Source: Octopus sinensis (lineage: Eukaryota). Taken from it: a stretch of 64,000 bases of DNA. Below are positions 62,857 to 64,000 of the stretch, one piece after another (within the stretch, counting starts at the first letter, position 1; each line of letters starts with the position of its first letter). Below the pieces are notes generated by a model. The model was not told where the DNA came from. It saw only the letters and a program-made list of their open reading frames with translations, and searched no databases. The stretch is from positions 1 to 64,000 of the forward strand of contig NW_021832831.1 of assembly GCF_006345805.1 (NCBI RefSeq), written 5' to 3'. A program made the position numbers and the translations under genes.

Positions 62857-64000
62857 ATATATGAGGAAACCAGGCTACTGGAGTTCTGTGATGCATGTAA
62901 ACTTTTAATCTGCAACGCTCACTTCAGGAAGCCAGACAACCACCTTATAACCTATCAATGAGGGGACTCTGCTAGCCAGATTGATTTCATCCTCACTAGA
63001 CAACGGGACGCAGGGTTGCTCTTAAATACAAAGATCCTCCCAGGTGAAGAATGTACACCCCAGCATAGGCTAATCATTAGTGACTTTATGCTCAAGGCCA
63101 GAAGGATACCAAGAAGTAGACCAATCCAAAAAAGAAGGATTTGGAAGCTAAAGAACCCTTCACATGGTCAGAGATTTAGAGACATCCTCATCAAGAAAGT
63201 TGAGGAGAGGGAGGAGGAGCTACAAACATCGGACATAGAAGGTAGCTGGAAATTCCTACAGGACAGCTTGCTGAGTGCTACAGACCAAGTGTGTGATTGG
63301 TGCAAGTCCATCTCATCAGAGGGTCATAGTCTATCTCATCAGAGAGAGAGTCTGCTTAGATGAGTTGCAGTTCAGTTTTGTGCTGGGTAGAAGCACCACT
63401 GATGCTATATTCCTGGTTCGACAACTGCAGGAGAAATACCTAGCTAAAGATAAACTCCTATACTTAGCTTTTGTGGACTTGGAGAAAGCCTTTGACAGGG
63501 TGCCCCAATCCCTTATCTGGTGGGCGATGCGGAAACTGGAGATTGACGAATGGTTAATAAGGGCTGTATTAGGATTGTCAATGAGTATAGTGAAGAATTC
63601 TGGGTCAAAGTAGGGGTCCACCATGGTTCAGCCCTCAGTCCCCTTTTAATCATCATAGTCCTTCAGGCAATAACAGAGGAATTCAAGACGGGTTGCCCCT
63701 GGGAGCTCCTCTATGCTGATGACCTGGCCCTCACAACAAAATCACTACCGGAACTAGAAAAGAAATTTTGTGTGTAGAAGCTAAGTTTGGAAACAAAAGG
63801 CCTTAGAATCAATGCAGCAAAGACCAAAGTTCTAGTAAGTAGGAAGGCGAACACATCATACACCGCCTCAGGTGGCCCTGCTTGATCTGTAGAAAAGGTG
63901 TAGGTAGAAACTCCATAAGATGTACCCAATGTAAGCTATGGACACATAAGAGGTGCAACAACATCAAAGGAAAATTTATCGAGAAGATAGCTTTCGTGTG
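62857..64000 (+). mobile_element. RTE LINE fragment with an internal deletion, running off the window
   Basis: KILPGEECTPQHRLI, then a jump near 63310 to RT (DAIFLVRQLQEKYL, LYADD), then the start of the PHD finger. Confidence 0.92.

Overview
AT-rich animal genomic DNA, saturated with transposable elements and (TA)n/(TG)n/(GA)n microsatellites. The repeat families look like those of an octopus (inference from recognised repeats, not a database match). There is no prokaryotic content and no CRISPR. Elements present: a full-length decayed Ty3/Gypsy LTR element (4460-9281; TSD GCCCT, tRNA-Leu PBS) nested in a mariner relic; at least ten Helitron-type elements, three with PIF1 helicase remnants; many RTE-clade LINE copies with a PHD finger inside the RT region, two of which form a ~3 kb inverted repeat (36661-44359); a BovB-like RTE; a 5'-truncated HERO-type restriction-like-endonuclease retrotransposon; Penelope-like (GIY-YIG) pieces; and mariner, Tc1, hAT and CR1 relics plus SINEs. 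The ORF track misses a probable host gene on the + strand: a signal-peptide exon (20247-20304) splices in phase 1 to an Ig-like domain exon (31663-31933) that carries a net frameshift. The most unusual signals are RNA-structural: a hammerhead-ribozyme-like motif with its core strands in permuted order in the HERO 3' end (44891-44960, minus), a hammerhead-like fold with a non-canonical core in a Penelope-type terminal repeat (39678-39728), and a tRNA cloverleaf inside an extended stem and inverted repeats (32080-32969). All calls were made by eye. Boundaries of decayed elements and percent identities are approximate.
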